From positions 32,001 through 96,000 of the forward strand of contig OZ224045.1 of NCBI GenBank assembly GCA_963665325.3: a stretch of 64,000 nt of DNA, written 5' to 3'. Source of the DNA: Alphaproteobacteria bacterium. GTDB lineage: Bacteria > Pseudomonadota > Alphaproteobacteria > Bin95. The position numbers and the translations under genes were made by a program. Position 1 is the stretch's first letter, and every line of letters begins with the position of its first letter. Shown here piece after piece: positions 50,042-59,946 of this stretch. Under the pieces are notes generated by a model. The model saw only the letters and a list, made by a program, of their open reading frames with translations, did no database searches and was not told where the DNA came from.

Positions 50042-50256
50042 AGTCCCCCCAGGTCCTGTTGCGCGGCTTCGAGCAGGCGCCGCGCTTCGCCATAGTCTTC
50101 GTCGGCAACCATCACGCGCCGGGGAAGGATGCCGAGGCTGCCCTCGACGATGCTGGCATGGCTGTCCAGCACCACGGCTTCCATGCCGTGCGCCGCGAGT
50201 TCGGCAACGAGCCACGAAATCGCAACGGGATCGGTGGTTTTCAATACGGCCTTCAT
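50038..50256 (-). CDS. DUF2007 family protein
   Basis: KTTDPV...LDSHASIVEGSLGILPRRVMV; lies between the methyltransferase and ispB. Confidence 0.82.
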   Translation of the reverse strand: MKAVLKTTDPVAISWLVAELAAHGMEAVVLDSHASIVEGSLGILPRRVMVADEDYGEARRLLEAAQQDLGGL

Positions 50257-50335
50257 CCTGCATTCCCGGTGGTTGACCGGCTTACCGCCCGGCCTATGCT
50301 CGCCTTTCCCTCGCCTCAAGGTCAATCGCACCCCC

Positions 50336-51346
50336 GTGACACTAATAGCGGCGACATCCCCGCCGACGGCGCAGCCGCTGGCCGCGTTGCAGGCGCTTGT
50401 CGGCGCGGACATGGCGCGCGTCAACGCGCTGATCCTCGAAAGGATGCAGAACGAGGTCGCGCTGATTCCCCAATTGGCGGGCCACATCATCGCCTCCGGC
50501 GGCAAGAGGCTGCGTCCGATGCTCACACTGGCGTCGGCGCGCCTCTGCAGCTACGAGGGGCAGCAGCATGTCGACCTCGCGGCCTGCGTCGAGTTCATCC
50601 ATACGGCCACGCTGTTGCACGACGATGTCGTCGATGAGAGCCGGTTGCGGCGGGGGACGGAAACCGCCAACGCCCTCTGGGGAAACCAGGCGAGCGTATT
50701 GGTCGGGGATTTCCTGTTCAGCCGCTCGTTCCAGCTCATGGTCGATGTCGGGTCGCTGGAGGTGCTCGGGATTCTCGCCAATGCCTCCGCGACGATTGCC
50801 GAGGGCGAGGTGCGCCAGCTTGCGACCGTCAGCCGGCCCGAAACGGGTATCGCCGACTATCTGAAGGTCATCGAAGGCAAGACCGCGGCCCTGTTCGCCG
50901 CCGCTTGCCGAATCGGCGCCGTTATCGCAGATCGGCCGCACGGGGAGGCGAAGGCCCTGGAGGCCTACGGCATGAACCTTGGGATGGCCTTCCAGCTCGT
51001 CGACGACGTTCTCGACTATTCGGCGCGGCAGGCGGACCTCGGCAAGACGGTGGGAGACGACTTCGCCGAGGGCAAGGTCACGCTTCCGGTCATCCTGGCC
51101 TTCGGCCGGGGCAATGAGGAGGAACGGGCGTTCTGGCGCCGGGTGCTGTGCGAGGGACAAGGCCGGGCCGAGGACTTCCGCAGGGCCGTAGCCCTGTTGA
51201 CGCGCCATGACGCGCTGGCGGAAACGCTCGAATGGGCCCGGTCGCGGGCCGAGGACGCCAAGGGGGAACTCCGGTCCTTTCCGGACGGACCGGCGCGGAC
51301 CGTGCTGGCCGACATCGCCGATTTCTGCGTCGATCGCGTCTATTAG
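50336..51346 (+). CDS. ispB: Polyprenyl (octa/decaprenyl) diphosphate synthase
   Basis: GGKRLRP, LLHDDVVD, GDFL, GKTA, FQLVDDVLD, GDD. Start approximate. Confidence 0.92.
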   Translation: MTLIAATSPPTAQPLAALQALVGADMARVNALILERMQNEVALIPQLAGHIIASGGKRLRPMLTLASARLCSYEGQQHVDLAACVEFIHTATLLHDDVVDESRLRRGTETANALWGNQASVLVGDFLFSRSFQLMVDVGSLEVLGILANASATIAEGEVRQLATVSRPETGIADYLKVIEGKTAALFAAACRIGAVIADRPHGEAKALEAYGMNLGMAFQLVDDVLDYSARQADLGKTVGDDFAEGKVTLPVILAFGRGNEEERAFWRRVLCEGQGRAEDFRRAVALLTRHDALAETLEWARSRAEDAKGELRSFPDGPARTVLADIADFCVDRVY

Positions 51347-51993
51347 CGGCCGGTGGCCACCAGGCGCCTGTCCAGATAGGCTTCGACCGCGTTATTCAAA
51401 TGTTCGAGATGCCGGGTGAACAGGTGGTTGGCGCCGGGAATCACCTTGTGGTCGATGACGATACCGCGCTGGGTGCGTAGCTTTTCAACCAGCTTCTCGA
51501 CGGACTCGGTGGTCACGATTTCGTCCCTCGTCCCGTTCACGATCAGGCCGGATGACGGGCAGGGTGCCAAGAAGGTGAAGTCGTACATGTTGGCTGGCGG
51601 CGCGACGGAGATGAAGCCGGAGATCTCCGGGCGGCGCATCAGCAATTGCATGCCGATCCAGGCGCCGAAGGAAAAGCCCGCGATCCAGACCTTGACGGGA
51701 TCCTTACGCAGGCTTTGCATGTGGTCGAGAATAGCCGCCGCGTCGGCTAGTTCGCCTTCTCCGCGCCCATATTCTCCCTGGGAGCGCCCGACACCGCGGA
51801 AGTTGAAGCGCATGGTGGCGAAGCCGCGCCGGACAAAGCAATGATACAGGTTGTAGACGACCTTGTTGTGCATCGTGCCGCCATGCTGTGGATGCGGGTG
51901 CAGCATCAGCGCGATCGGGGCTGTCGCCTCATCGACATGGTGGTAGCGGGCTTCGAGACGGCCTTCCGGGCCGTTCACGATGACGTCGGGCAT
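51343..51993 (-). CDS. Alpha/beta hydrolase
   Basis: GPEGRLE, HPHPQHGGTM, RFNFRGVGRS, GFSFG, GANHLF. Confidence 0.9.
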   Translation of the reverse strand: MPDVIVNGPEGRLEARYHHVDEATAPIALMLHPHPQHGGTMHNKVVYNLYHCFVRRGFATMRFNFRGVGRSQGEYGRGEGELADAAAILDHMQSLRKDPVKVWIAGFSFGAWIGMQLLMRRPEISGFISVAPPANMYDFTFLAPCPSSGLIVNGTRDEIVTTESVEKLVEKLRTQRGIVIDHKVIPGANHLFTRHLEHLNNAVEAYLDRRLVATGR

Positions 51994-52109
51994 GGGCAGT
52001 GAATCCCGTTATCTCCGCTCCGGGCACCGAGCCCGCCGGAGGAGTATATTTTCAAGGGTGAACGCATCCTAACTTGTGCGGGCGGTTCGGACCGTCAAGA
52101 GACTGCATC

Positions 52110-53144
52110 ATGGCAAAACGCCGCATTTACCTAGACTGGAATGCTACTGCGCCGTTGGCCCGGGCCGCGCGGGCGGCCATGACCGAAGCCATAGCCGTGC
52201 TCGGCAATCCTTCCTCCGTGCACAGCGAGGGACGCGCTGCGCGGCGCCTTGTAGAGGAGGCGCGGGCGCGGGTGGCCGCCTTTGTCGGCGCTAAGCCGGA
52301 CCAGGTGATCTTTACGTCTGGCGGCACCGAGGCGAACGCGCTTGCGCTTGCCGGTCGCGAATGGCTGGCGGGGGCGAGCGAGCATGCCTCCGTGCTCGAC
52401 CATGCCGGCGGACCGCGCCTGGCGGTGGACGGGGACGGGCGCGTCTCTCCGGATGCGATTCCGCCGGCCGCCGCCGTCGCGCTGATGGCCGCCAACAACG
52501 AAACCGGGACAGTTCACCCGTTGGAGGGCATCGCGCGGCGGGTACGCGCCTCCGGCGGGCTCTGGCATTGCGACGCCGTACAGGCCGCGGGGCGCCTCGA
52601 CCTCGCTGCCATCGAGGCCGACTCGCTGGCGCTCTCGGCGCACAAGCTCGGCGGACCGATGGGCGTCGGCGCGCTGGTACTCAGGAATGAGCGCGCGCTG
52701 AGCGGTCCGATCCGGGGCGCGCAGGAGCGCCGGCGGCGCGGAGGCACGGAAAATGTCGTCGGCATCGCCGGTTTCGGCGCGGTCGCGGGCCCGCTCGGCG
52801 ATGTGTCGGCGCTCCGCGATCGCCTGGAGGCGCGCCTCGAAGGCGCTGTGTTCTACGGCCGCGACAGCCCGCGCCTGACGAACACGAGCTGCATTGGCAT
52901 GCCCGGCGTCTCCAACGAGACCCAGGTGATGGCGTTCGATCTAGAGGGGTTCGCAGTGAGCGCGGGCGCTGCCTGCTCGTCGGGCAAGGTGGGCGCCTCG
53001 CACGTCCTGCTGGCGATGGGCGTGGACGAAGCGACGGCGGGCGAGGCGATCCGGGTCAGTGTCGGACCGGGTGTGACGGAAGAGGAAATCGAAGCGTTCG
53101 CAGACGCTTGGAACCGCCTTGCGGCAAGGTTAGGAAGGCGGTAG
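52110..53144 (+). CDS. Cysteine desulfurase (NifS/IscS family)
   Basis: [48 protein letters not shown]. Confidence 0.92.
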   Translation: MAKRRIYLDWNATAPLARAARAAMTEAIAVLGNPSSVHSEGRAARRLVEEARARVAAFVGAKPDQVIFTSGGTEANALALAGREWLAGASEHASVLDHAGGPRLAVDGDGRVSPDAIPPAAAVALMAANNETGTVHPLEGIARRVRASGGLWHCDAVQAAGRLDLAAIEADSLALSAHKLGGPMGVGALVLRNERALSGPIRGAQERRRRGGTENVVGIAGFGAVAGPLGDVSALRDRLEARLEGAVFYGRDSPRLTNTSCIGMPGVSNETQVMAFDLEGFAVSAGAACSSGKVGASHVLLAMGVDEATAGEAIRVSVGPGVTEEEIEAFADAWNRLAARLGRR

Positions 53145-53170
53145 AAGGCGCCGCTCACAGGGTGGGTGCG

Positions 53171-53497
53171 ATGCCGAAGATTACCTTTGTCAGCCCGGAC
53201 GGAAGCGAGCGGACGGTCGAACCGCCGGCCGGGATGACGATTCTGGAAATATCGCGCAAATACGACATCGACATAGAGGGCGCCTGCGAGGGCTCGCTCG
53301 CCTGCTCGACCTGCCATGTGATCGTCGACGGGGATTGGTACGAGAGGCTGCAAGAGCCGGATGAGGACGAGGAGGACATGCTCGACCTTGCATTCGGCCT
53401 GACGCCGACCTCCCGGCTCGGATGCCAGATCGAGGTGACGGACGAGCTAGACGGGCTCCGCGTCACCCTGCCTGAAGAAACCCGGTCGCTGCTCTGA
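53171..53497 (+). CDS. fdx: 2Fe-2S ferredoxin (adrenodoxin type)
   Basis: [15 protein letters not shown]...[14 protein letters not shown]. Confidence 0.93.
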   Translation: MPKITFVSPDGSERTVEPPAGMTILEISRKYDIDIEGACEGSLACSTCHVIVDGDWYERLQEPDEDEEDMLDLAFGLTPTSRLGCQIEVTDELDGLRVTLPEETRSLL

Positions 53498-54150
53498 TGG
53501 GTCTGTTCGACCGGCTGAAGGAGGCCGTGTCCGCCGACTGGGAGGCCTATATCGGCCATCCCTTCGTGCGCGCTGTCGGCGACGGCAGCTTGCCGGAGGC
53601 CTGTTTCCGGCACTATCTGGAACAGGATTACCTCTTCCTCGTCCATTTTGCGCGCGCCTATGCGCTGGCGGCCTTCAAGGGCGAGTCGCTTGCCGATATC
53701 CGCCACGGCGCGGAAACCGCGCTTGCCATCGCCGACACCGAAATGCGCCTCCATGTCGCCTTCTGCGAACGATGGGGGCTGGACGAGGCGGGTATGGCCG
53801 CCCTGCCCGAAGCCCCGGCGACGATGGCCTATACGCGCTATGTGCTGGAGCGCGGGCTTGCCGGCGACCTGCTCGACCTGCATGTCGCGCTCGCGCCCTG
53901 CATCGTCGGATATGCCGAGATCGGCCGGGCGCTCGCAGGGGCCGCGCGGGGCAACCCCTATGGCGCGTGGATCGAGATGTATGCGGGACGCGAGTATCAG
54001 GAGACCGCGGCGGCCGCGATCGCCCAGCTCGACGATCTGTTCGCCCGGCGCGGCGGGCCGGCGCGGCTGCCAAGCCTGGAGCGCATTTTCGGGGATGCGA
54101 CGCGGCTCGAGATCGACTTCTGGCAGATGGGCCTATCACCGAACGCCTGA
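53497..54150 (+). CDS. tenA: TenA/thiaminase II family protein
   Basis: HPFV, YLEQDYLFL, AYTRYV, PCIVGYAEIG, WIEMY, LEIDFW. Confidence 0.88.
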   Translation: MGLFDRLKEAVSADWEAYIGHPFVRAVGDGSLPEACFRHYLEQDYLFLVHFARAYALAAFKGESLADIRHGAETALAIADTEMRLHVAFCERWGLDEAGMAALPEAPATMAYTRYVLERGLAGDLLDLHVALAPCIVGYAEIGRALAGAARGNPYGAWIEMYAGREYQETAAAAIAQLDDLFARRGGPARLPSLERIFGDATRLEIDFWQMGLSPNA

Positions 54151-54262
54151 ACCGCCGGGGTTGAGGTCCGATCCATTTGAACCGAAACTCGCCGAACATC
54201 TGCCAAATTGTCGCTCCGGATTGGGCGGAAGCGCCTTGGCGGAGCAGCTGCATGGAGGACGC

Positions 54263-55189
54263 ATGACCGCCCCCGACCTTGCCTATGTGGCGCTCGCCGT
54301 CGATGAGCCGGAGGCCAGCGCGGCGATCTTCGAGAAGGATTTCCAACTGCCGCGGCAGGACTTCGCCTGCGGCGGCTCGCGCGTGCCGGTCGTCTCTGTC
54401 GGGCGCTCGGCCCTCGCGCTCTTCCGCCCGGACGACCCGTTCCTCGGGCCGGATGCGAAGAAGGGCGTCCACCATATGGCGATTGCCGCCGCCGACCCGG
54501 AGGCTGCGGCCGATGCCTCCGGTATCGCCAGGGCGGGCGGCGTCTCGGAGGGCCTTGGCGGCGGACCGCAGGTAGCGCTTTCGCCAGAGGCGACCGGCGG
54601 GGTGCGCACACGCCTTGCGGCGCCGCTCGGCGTCGGCCCCGGTTCGTCCGGGATGATCGAGCGGATCGACCATCTCGGCGTCGCATCCGCCGACAACGGG
54701 GCGGCGCGAGAAGCGTTCATCGACAGGCTGGGCTGCGTCTATGAGAGCCAGCAGACCGACAGCGAAACCGAGACGATCTCGGAGAACTTCACCTCCGACA
54801 CCTACAACTACATTTTCCACACCAGGCCGTCGCACCTCGTCGGCAGCATGCGGGTTACCTTCATCACCGTCGGCGATACGGAGCTGGAGTTTATCCAGGA
54901 CCTGACGACGGGGAACGAGGTCGATGCCGCGCGGCACGATGCTGCCGGCAACACGCGCGGCGACCGCAGCGCCATCGCGCGCTACATCGCCTCGCGCGGC
55001 GCGGGGCTACACCACATCGCCTTCAAGACGCCGGACGTGGCCGGATCGCTGGCGAAGCTCCGGGCGGCGGGCCACCGGACCATCGATACGATGGGCCGGC
55101 CCGGCTCCCGCCGCGCGCTCATCGGCTTCATGCACCCCACCATGATCGGCGGCGTGCTGATGCATTTCGTCCAGCGCGAGGAGGTCTGA
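54263..55189 (+). CDS. Two-domain VOC (glyoxalase-superfamily) protein, methylmalonyl-CoA epimerase-like C-domain, paralog 1
   Basis: GGAGG RBS; GVHHMAI; IDHLGVA, ELEF, AIARYIASRGAGLHHIAF, GRPGSRRALIGFMHP..GGVLMHFV. Confidence 0.82.
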   Translation: MTAPDLAYVALAVDEPEASAAIFEKDFQLPRQDFACGGSRVPVVSVGRSALALFRPDDPFLGPDAKKGVHHMAIAAADPEAAADASGIARAGGVSEGLGGGPQVALSPEATGGVRTRLAAPLGVGPGSSGMIERIDHLGVASADNGAAREAFIDRLGCVYESQQTDSETETISENFTSDTYNYIFHTRPSHLVGSMRVTFITVGDTELEFIQDLTTGNEVDAARHDAAGNTRGDRSAIARYIASRGAGLHHIAFKTPDVAGSLAKLRAAGHRTIDTMGRPGSRRALIGFMHPTMIGGVLMHFVQREEV

Positions 55190-55192
55190 CCC

Positions 55193-56140
55193 ATGGCCGG
55201 TTACTCGCTGAACTATCTGGCGCTGGCGGCCCGCGACGTGGAGGCCGCCTGCCGTTTCCTCGGCGGCTCGCTCGGCCTGGAACGGACCGATGTCGCGCTC
55301 GGCGCCCGCGCCGTTCCGTTCTTCGGCGTGGGAAAGTCCGCCGTCGCGCTGTTCGATCCCTACGATCCTTACCTGGAGGAGCCGCAGTTCCCCGGCGTCC
55401 ACCACATGGCGCTGGAGGCGCAGCACCCCGCCGCCACCGCAGCCCGGCACGGCCTCACGGTCACGGCCGAGGGCACTGGGCCAGACGGCAGACGCTTTGT
55501 TGTCATCGACCCGCAAGAGACCGTCGGCATCCGCACCCGCTTCATCGAGCCGCTGGACATCCCCTCGGCGGCTGGACCCGCCTACAAGATCGACCATCTC
55601 GGCATTGCGACCGACGACAATGACGCCACGGTGCGCGTCTTCTCGGACAATCTCGGCTGTCCCGTCGAAAGCACGCAGACCGATGTCGAAATCCGCAACG
55701 TCACGGAGAGTTTCGTCTCCGACAAATACGGCGCGGTCTATCATTCGCGCCCGCCGGAGATCCTGGGCGGCCTGCGGGACGTCTTCATCAACATCGGCGA
55801 TTGCGAGCTCGAAATGCTGATGGACTACGACCCGGCGCTGAAGCCCAGGGACGGGCTCGGCGAGGACAAGGGCAACACCAAGGGCGACCAGAGCGCGATC
55901 GCCAAATTCGTGGCGCGGCGGGGGCCGGGCCTGGCGCATGTCGCCTTCGCCACGCGCGATATCGACGCGCTGCTGCCGAAGCTCGCCGGCGACGGCTGGC
56001 GCATGATCGACCTCGAAGGCCGTCCCGGCGGGCGCGGCGCGCTAATCGGCTTCGTGCATCCGTCCAATTTCGGCGGCGGGCTGCTGATCCATTTCGTAGA
56101 ACCGCAGGCCGACGGTGGCTATGCGGCGAAATTCGGTTGA
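55193..56140 (+). CDS. Two-domain VOC protein, paralog 2
   Basis: GVHHMAL; IDHLGIA, ELEM, AIAKFVARRGPGLAHVAF, GRPGGRGALIGFVHP..GGLLIHFV; collinear with paralog 1. Confidence 0.82.
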   Translation: MAGYSLNYLALAARDVEAACRFLGGSLGLERTDVALGARAVPFFGVGKSAVALFDPYDPYLEEPQFPGVHHMALEAQHPAATAARHGLTVTAEGTGPDGRRFVVIDPQETVGIRTRFIEPLDIPSAAGPAYKIDHLGIATDDNDATVRVFSDNLGCPVESTQTDVEIRNVTESFVSDKYGAVYHSRPPEILGGLRDVFINIGDCELEMLMDYDPALKPRDGLGEDKGNTKGDQSAIAKFVARRGPGLAHVAFATRDIDALLPKLAGDGWRMIDLEGRPGGRGALIGFVHPSNFGGGLLIHFVEPQADGGYAAKFG

Positions 56141-56167
56141 GGCCGCATAACCAACCGGAGACACGCC

Positions 56168-57367
56168 ATGCCGCTGCCGCTCGATAACATCCGCGTGCTC
56201 GACCTGACGCGCGCCGCCGCCGGCCCGTTCTGCACCATGATCCTCGCCGATTTCGGCGCCGATGTGGTGAAGGTCGAGCCGCTGCCGAAGGGGGACCTGA
56301 CGCGGCTCTGGGGCCCTTACGACCACGATATCGGCGTCTATTACCTCTCTATCAACCGCAACAAGCGGGGCCTCGGAGTCGATTTCCGCAACGAGGCGGG
56401 CCTGGACGCGGTGCGCCGGATGGCGACGCAGGCCGATGTCGTGGTGGAGAATTTCAAGCCCGGGACGACGGCGGCGATGGGCCTCGACTACGAGGCCGTC
56501 AGCCGGGCGAACCCCGGCGTCATCTACGGCAGCATCACGGGCATGGGCAGTTCCGGGCCCTACGGAAGCTGGCCCGGCCTCGACCAGATCGCGCAGGGCA
56601 TGTCTGGCATGATGAGCCTGACGGGCGAGCCCGGCGGCGCGCCCACCCGCTACGGCGTGCCCATCGGCGACTTTACAGCCGGTATGTGGTGCGCGCTCGC
56701 CATCACCGCCGCCGTCGCGCAGCGGCATGTGACCGGAAAGGGCCAGCGGGTGGAGACCTCGCTGCTGGCAGCGCTCGTCGGCCTGCTGAGCTTGCAGGGC
56801 CAGCGCTACCTGTCGAACGGCGAGGTGCCCGGACAGGCCGGCAACGACCATCCGACCATCTATCCCTACGGCCTGTTCGAGGCCAGGGACGGGCCGCTCA
56901 ACGTCGCCACGCCGAGCGACAAGCACTGGCAGTGGCTCTGCCGGGTGCTCGGTTGCGAGGAATTGCTGGCGGAGGAGAAATACAGCACGAACGACCTTCG
57001 CCGGGCGAACCGTGACGAACTCCGTGAGCTGCTGAACGCCCGTTTCCGCACACGCGACGCCATCGACTGGACGAAGGAGCTGATGGAAGGCGGCATCCCG
57101 ACGGGCCCTGTCTATTCCCTCGACAGGGTGTTCGCCGACCCGCAGGTCCGCCAGCAGGGCATGGTCGAGGAAATCATGCACCCGACCGTCGGCGCGCTGA
57201 AGCTGCTCTCGAATCCCATCCGCATGGACGCGTTCGAGGGCCAGACCGTACGCACGCCGCCGCCGCTGCTGGGCGAACACAATCGCGACGTGCTCAGGGA
57301 ATACGGCTTCCCGGCCGAAGCCATCGCGGAACTGGAAGCCGCCGGGGCCATAGGCGGCGAGGGCTAG
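56168..57367 (+). CDS. CaiB/BaiF (family III) CoA-transferase
   Basis: IRVLDLT..AGPFCT..GADVVKVE, NRNKR, VENFKPG, PPLLGEH. Confidence 0.93.
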   Translation: MPLPLDNIRVLDLTRAAAGPFCTMILADFGADVVKVEPLPKGDLTRLWGPYDHDIGVYYLSINRNKRGLGVDFRNEAGLDAVRRMATQADVVVENFKPGTTAAMGLDYEAVSRANPGVIYGSITGMGSSGPYGSWPGLDQIAQGMSGMMSLTGEPGGAPTRYGVPIGDFTAGMWCALAITAAVAQRHVTGKGQRVETSLLAALVGLLSLQGQRYLSNGEVPGQAGNDHPTIYPYGLFEARDGPLNVATPSDKHWQWLCRVLGCEELLAEEKYSTNDLRRANRDELRELLNARFRTRDAIDWTKELMEGGIPTGPVYSLDRVFADPQVRQQGMVEEIMHPTVGALKLLSNPIRMDAFEGQTVRTPPPLLGEHNRDVLREYGFPAEAIAELEAAGAIGGEG

Positions 57368-58215
57368 GGTCGGGACTCAATTGGCCCACCAGGCGAGAGT
57401 TGCGGCGATGAAGACGGCTGACAAGAATGTATCGGCGCGTTTGTCGTAGCGGGTTGCGATACGGCGAAAGTCTTTGAGGCGACAGAACATACGCTCGATG
57501 CGGTTACGGAGCTTGTAGGCTGTGGCGTCGAAAGAGTGCGGGTTCTTCCGCGTGGACTGGGGCGGTATCACCGGTTCGCAGCCGCGGTCGGTGAGCCAGT
57601 TGCGGAACTTGCGGGCATCGTAGGCCCTGTCGGCGATCAATCGCTTTGGTGCGGGGACCTGCTTCAGGAGAGCCCCGACCCCGGAAAGATCGTGGGCCTG
57701 GCCGGGCGTAAGGGTGAATGCCACGGGCCGGCCAGTCTCATCGGTCAGGGCGTGAATCTTGGTCGTCCGTCCGCCGCGAGATCGCCCGATCGCGTGTTCA
57801 TATTCCCCCCTTTTGCGCCGGCGGCCGAACGGTGTGCCTTCACGTGAGTGGAATCGACAGCGGTCGTGCTGATCACGCCACTTGAGCCCGACAGGGCGTA
57901 GAACACGTCCTCCCACACACCCTGTTTGCTCCACCGGTTGAACCGATTGTAGATCGTCGTATAGGGGCCATACTCCGCCGGACAATCCCGCCAGCGCGCT
58001 CCGGTCTTCAACATGTGGACAATCCCAGAGATCACCCGGCGGTCATCAACCCGGTGTGCGCCGCGACGACCATGAGGAAGCCAAGGTTCAATCCGAGTCC
58101 ATTCCTCCTCGCTCAACCAAAACAGCGTCCGTGCCATTCAAACCTCCATATCGTTTGGAAACTTGAATCACATTCCAGACTCTGTCGGAATCCCCTAATC
58201 GAGTACAGACCCTAG
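57364..58215 (-). mobile_element. IS5-family element, copy B (near-identical to 15646-16496; OrfB intact)
   Basis: CTAG at both ends, same IRs as copy A; OrfA 57745-58137; OrfB ends RNRIERMFCRLKDFRRIATRYDK...WWAN. Confidence 0.95.
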
Positions 58216-58221
58216 CCCGGG

Positions 58222-59097
58222 CTAAGTGTTCCGCAGGAGGTGGATGAGGGCCGAGGTGTCCCATCGGCCGCCGCCTTCCTGCTGGACGTGCTTGTAGAAC
58301 TGGTCGATGGCGGCGGTCACGGGCAGGCGCGCGCCGTTCCGCTCGGCTTCGGCCAGGCAGATGGCGAGGTCCTTGCGCATCCAGTCCACGGCGAAACCGA
58401 AGTCGAACTTGTCATCGACCATGGTCTGGCCGCGATTGTCCATCTGCCAGGAACCGGCCGCGCCCTTGGATATGACCTCCAGCACGAGCGGCATGTCGAG
58501 CCCGGCCTTGAGACCCATGTTCAGCGCCTCGGACAGCCCCTGCAGCAGGCCGGCAATGGCAATCTGGTTGACCATCTTGGTGAGCTGGCCGTTGCCGGGC
58601 GCTCCCAACAGCGTTACCGCGCGCCCGTAGCAGGTCATTGCCGGGCGGGCACGCTCGAAGGGCTCGCTGTCGCCGCCGCACATCACGGTAAGCACCCCGT
58701 TCTCCGCGCCCGCCTGGCCGCCAGACACCGGCGCGTCGATGCACGAGACACCTCGCGACTGGCCCTCCGCATGGAGTTCGCGCGCCAGATCGGCCGACGC
58801 GGTGGTGTGGTCCACGAACACGGAGCCCGGGCGGATGCCGGCAAAGATGCCGTCTTCGCCATAGACGACACTTCGCACATCGTCATCGTTGCCGACGCAG
58901 GAAAACACGATGTCCGCGGCTTGCGCCGCCTCGCGCGGCGTTGCAGCGGCGCTGCCTCCGTGGGCGGCGGTCCAGGCGTCCGCCTTCTCGCGGGTGCGGT
59001 TATAGACGGTGACATTGTGGCCGGCGGCGGCGAGATGCCTTGCCATCGGGAAACCCATGACGCCGAGGCCGACGAATGCGAGCGAAGCAGTGTTCAT
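58222..59097 (-). CDS. NAD(P)-dependent oxidoreductase, 3-hydroxyisobutyrate dehydrogenase family
   Basis: FVGLGVMG, YNRT, DAPVSGGQAGAENG, KMVNQ, FGFAVDWMRKDL. Confidence 0.92.
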   Translation of the reverse strand: MNTASLAFVGLGVMGFPMARHLAAAGHNVTVYNRTREKADAWTAAHGGSAAATPREAAQAADIVFSCVGNDDDVRSVVYGEDGIFAGIRPGSVFVDHTTASADLARELHAEGQSRGVSCIDAPVSGGQAGAENGVLTVMCGGDSEPFERARPAMTCYGRAVTLLGAPGNGQLTKMVNQIAIAGLLQGLSEALNMGLKAGLDMPLVLEVISKGAAGSWQMDNRGQTMVDDKFDFGFAVDWMRKDLAICLAEAERNGARLPVTAAIDQFYKHVQQEGGGRWDTSALIHLLRNT

Positions 59098-59130
59098 GGC
59101 AGTACAGTCCGGATTAGGGAGACCGCGCCA

Positions 59131-59946
59131 TCATAGCGAGATGTGGCGGATGAGGTCAGTTTCGATCATGCGCCAGATGTCCCAGTCGGGCGCCACCAGC
59201 AGGCCCTGGCGTGGCCCGAGCGGCCTGTAGGGCGTGCCGTCATGCATCGCCACGGCGCCGCCGGCTTCCTCATGCAGCAGGCAGCCGGCGGCATGGTCCC
59301 AGGGATTGAGCCGGGTATAGAGGCCGAAATGCACCCGCCCGAGAAGGCGGGCGAGATATTCCTGCCCGACGCAACGCGCATTGAAGCAATGTCCGAGGCG
59401 CCCGCGACCGCGCCCCCAGATCTCGCGATAGGCATCGCTGACCCGGAATTTGTAGCCGTAGATGGCGCCGTTCATGTCGCGCAGGCTGGCAGGACGGGTG
59501 ACTTTGAGCCTGCGTTCGCCCATGAAGGCGCCGCCGCCCCGCTCCGCTGTTGCGAGGCGTTCGGAGAAGGGGTCGTAGATCCACCCCGCAACCGTCTCGC
59601 CGCCGATGACGAGCGCCACGATGGTGCAGAAGAGCGGATAGCCCGAGGCGAAATTGGCGGTGCCGTCCAGCGGATCGACAACCCACACGGGGCGGTCTTC
59701 CGCCAACAGGTCGAGAACGCCGGCATCGTTCGCAACGGCCTCTTCGCCGACCACGACCGAGCCCGGCAGCAGATCCGGCAGGCGTTCCGCAAAACGTGCT
59801 TCCATCGCCAGATCGACGGCGGTGACGAAATCGTTGGGCGATTTCTCGCCGATATCGACGGGGTCGAGGTCGACGAACTGCTGTACCATTTCCGCTGCGG
59901 CGGTCTCGCGGATGACCGACGCAACCTTGTCGAGGTCCACCTTCAC
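59131..59946 (-). CDS. Inositol monophosphatase family protein
   Basis: DFVTAVD, GEE, WVVDPLDGTANF, WDHAAG. Confidence 0.9.
   Translation of the reverse strand: MKVDLDKVASVIRETAAAEMVQQFVDLDPVDIGEKSPNDFVTAVDLAMEARFAERLPDLLPGSVVVGEEAVANDAGVLDLLAEDRPVWVVDPLDGTANFASGYPLFCTIVALVIGGETVAGWIYDPFSERLATAERGGGAFMGERRLKVTRPASLRDMNGAIYGYKFRVSDAYREIWGRGRGRLGHCFNARCVGQEYLARLLGRVHFGLYTRLNPWDHAAGCLLHEEAGGAVAMHDGTPYRPLGPRQGLLVAPDWDIWRMIETDLIRHISL

Noticed and set aside
53648-54262. 205-aa N-terminal extension of VOC paralog 1
   Set aside because: Overlaps tenA in another frame. The GGAGG RBS and alignment with paralog 2 place the start at 54263.
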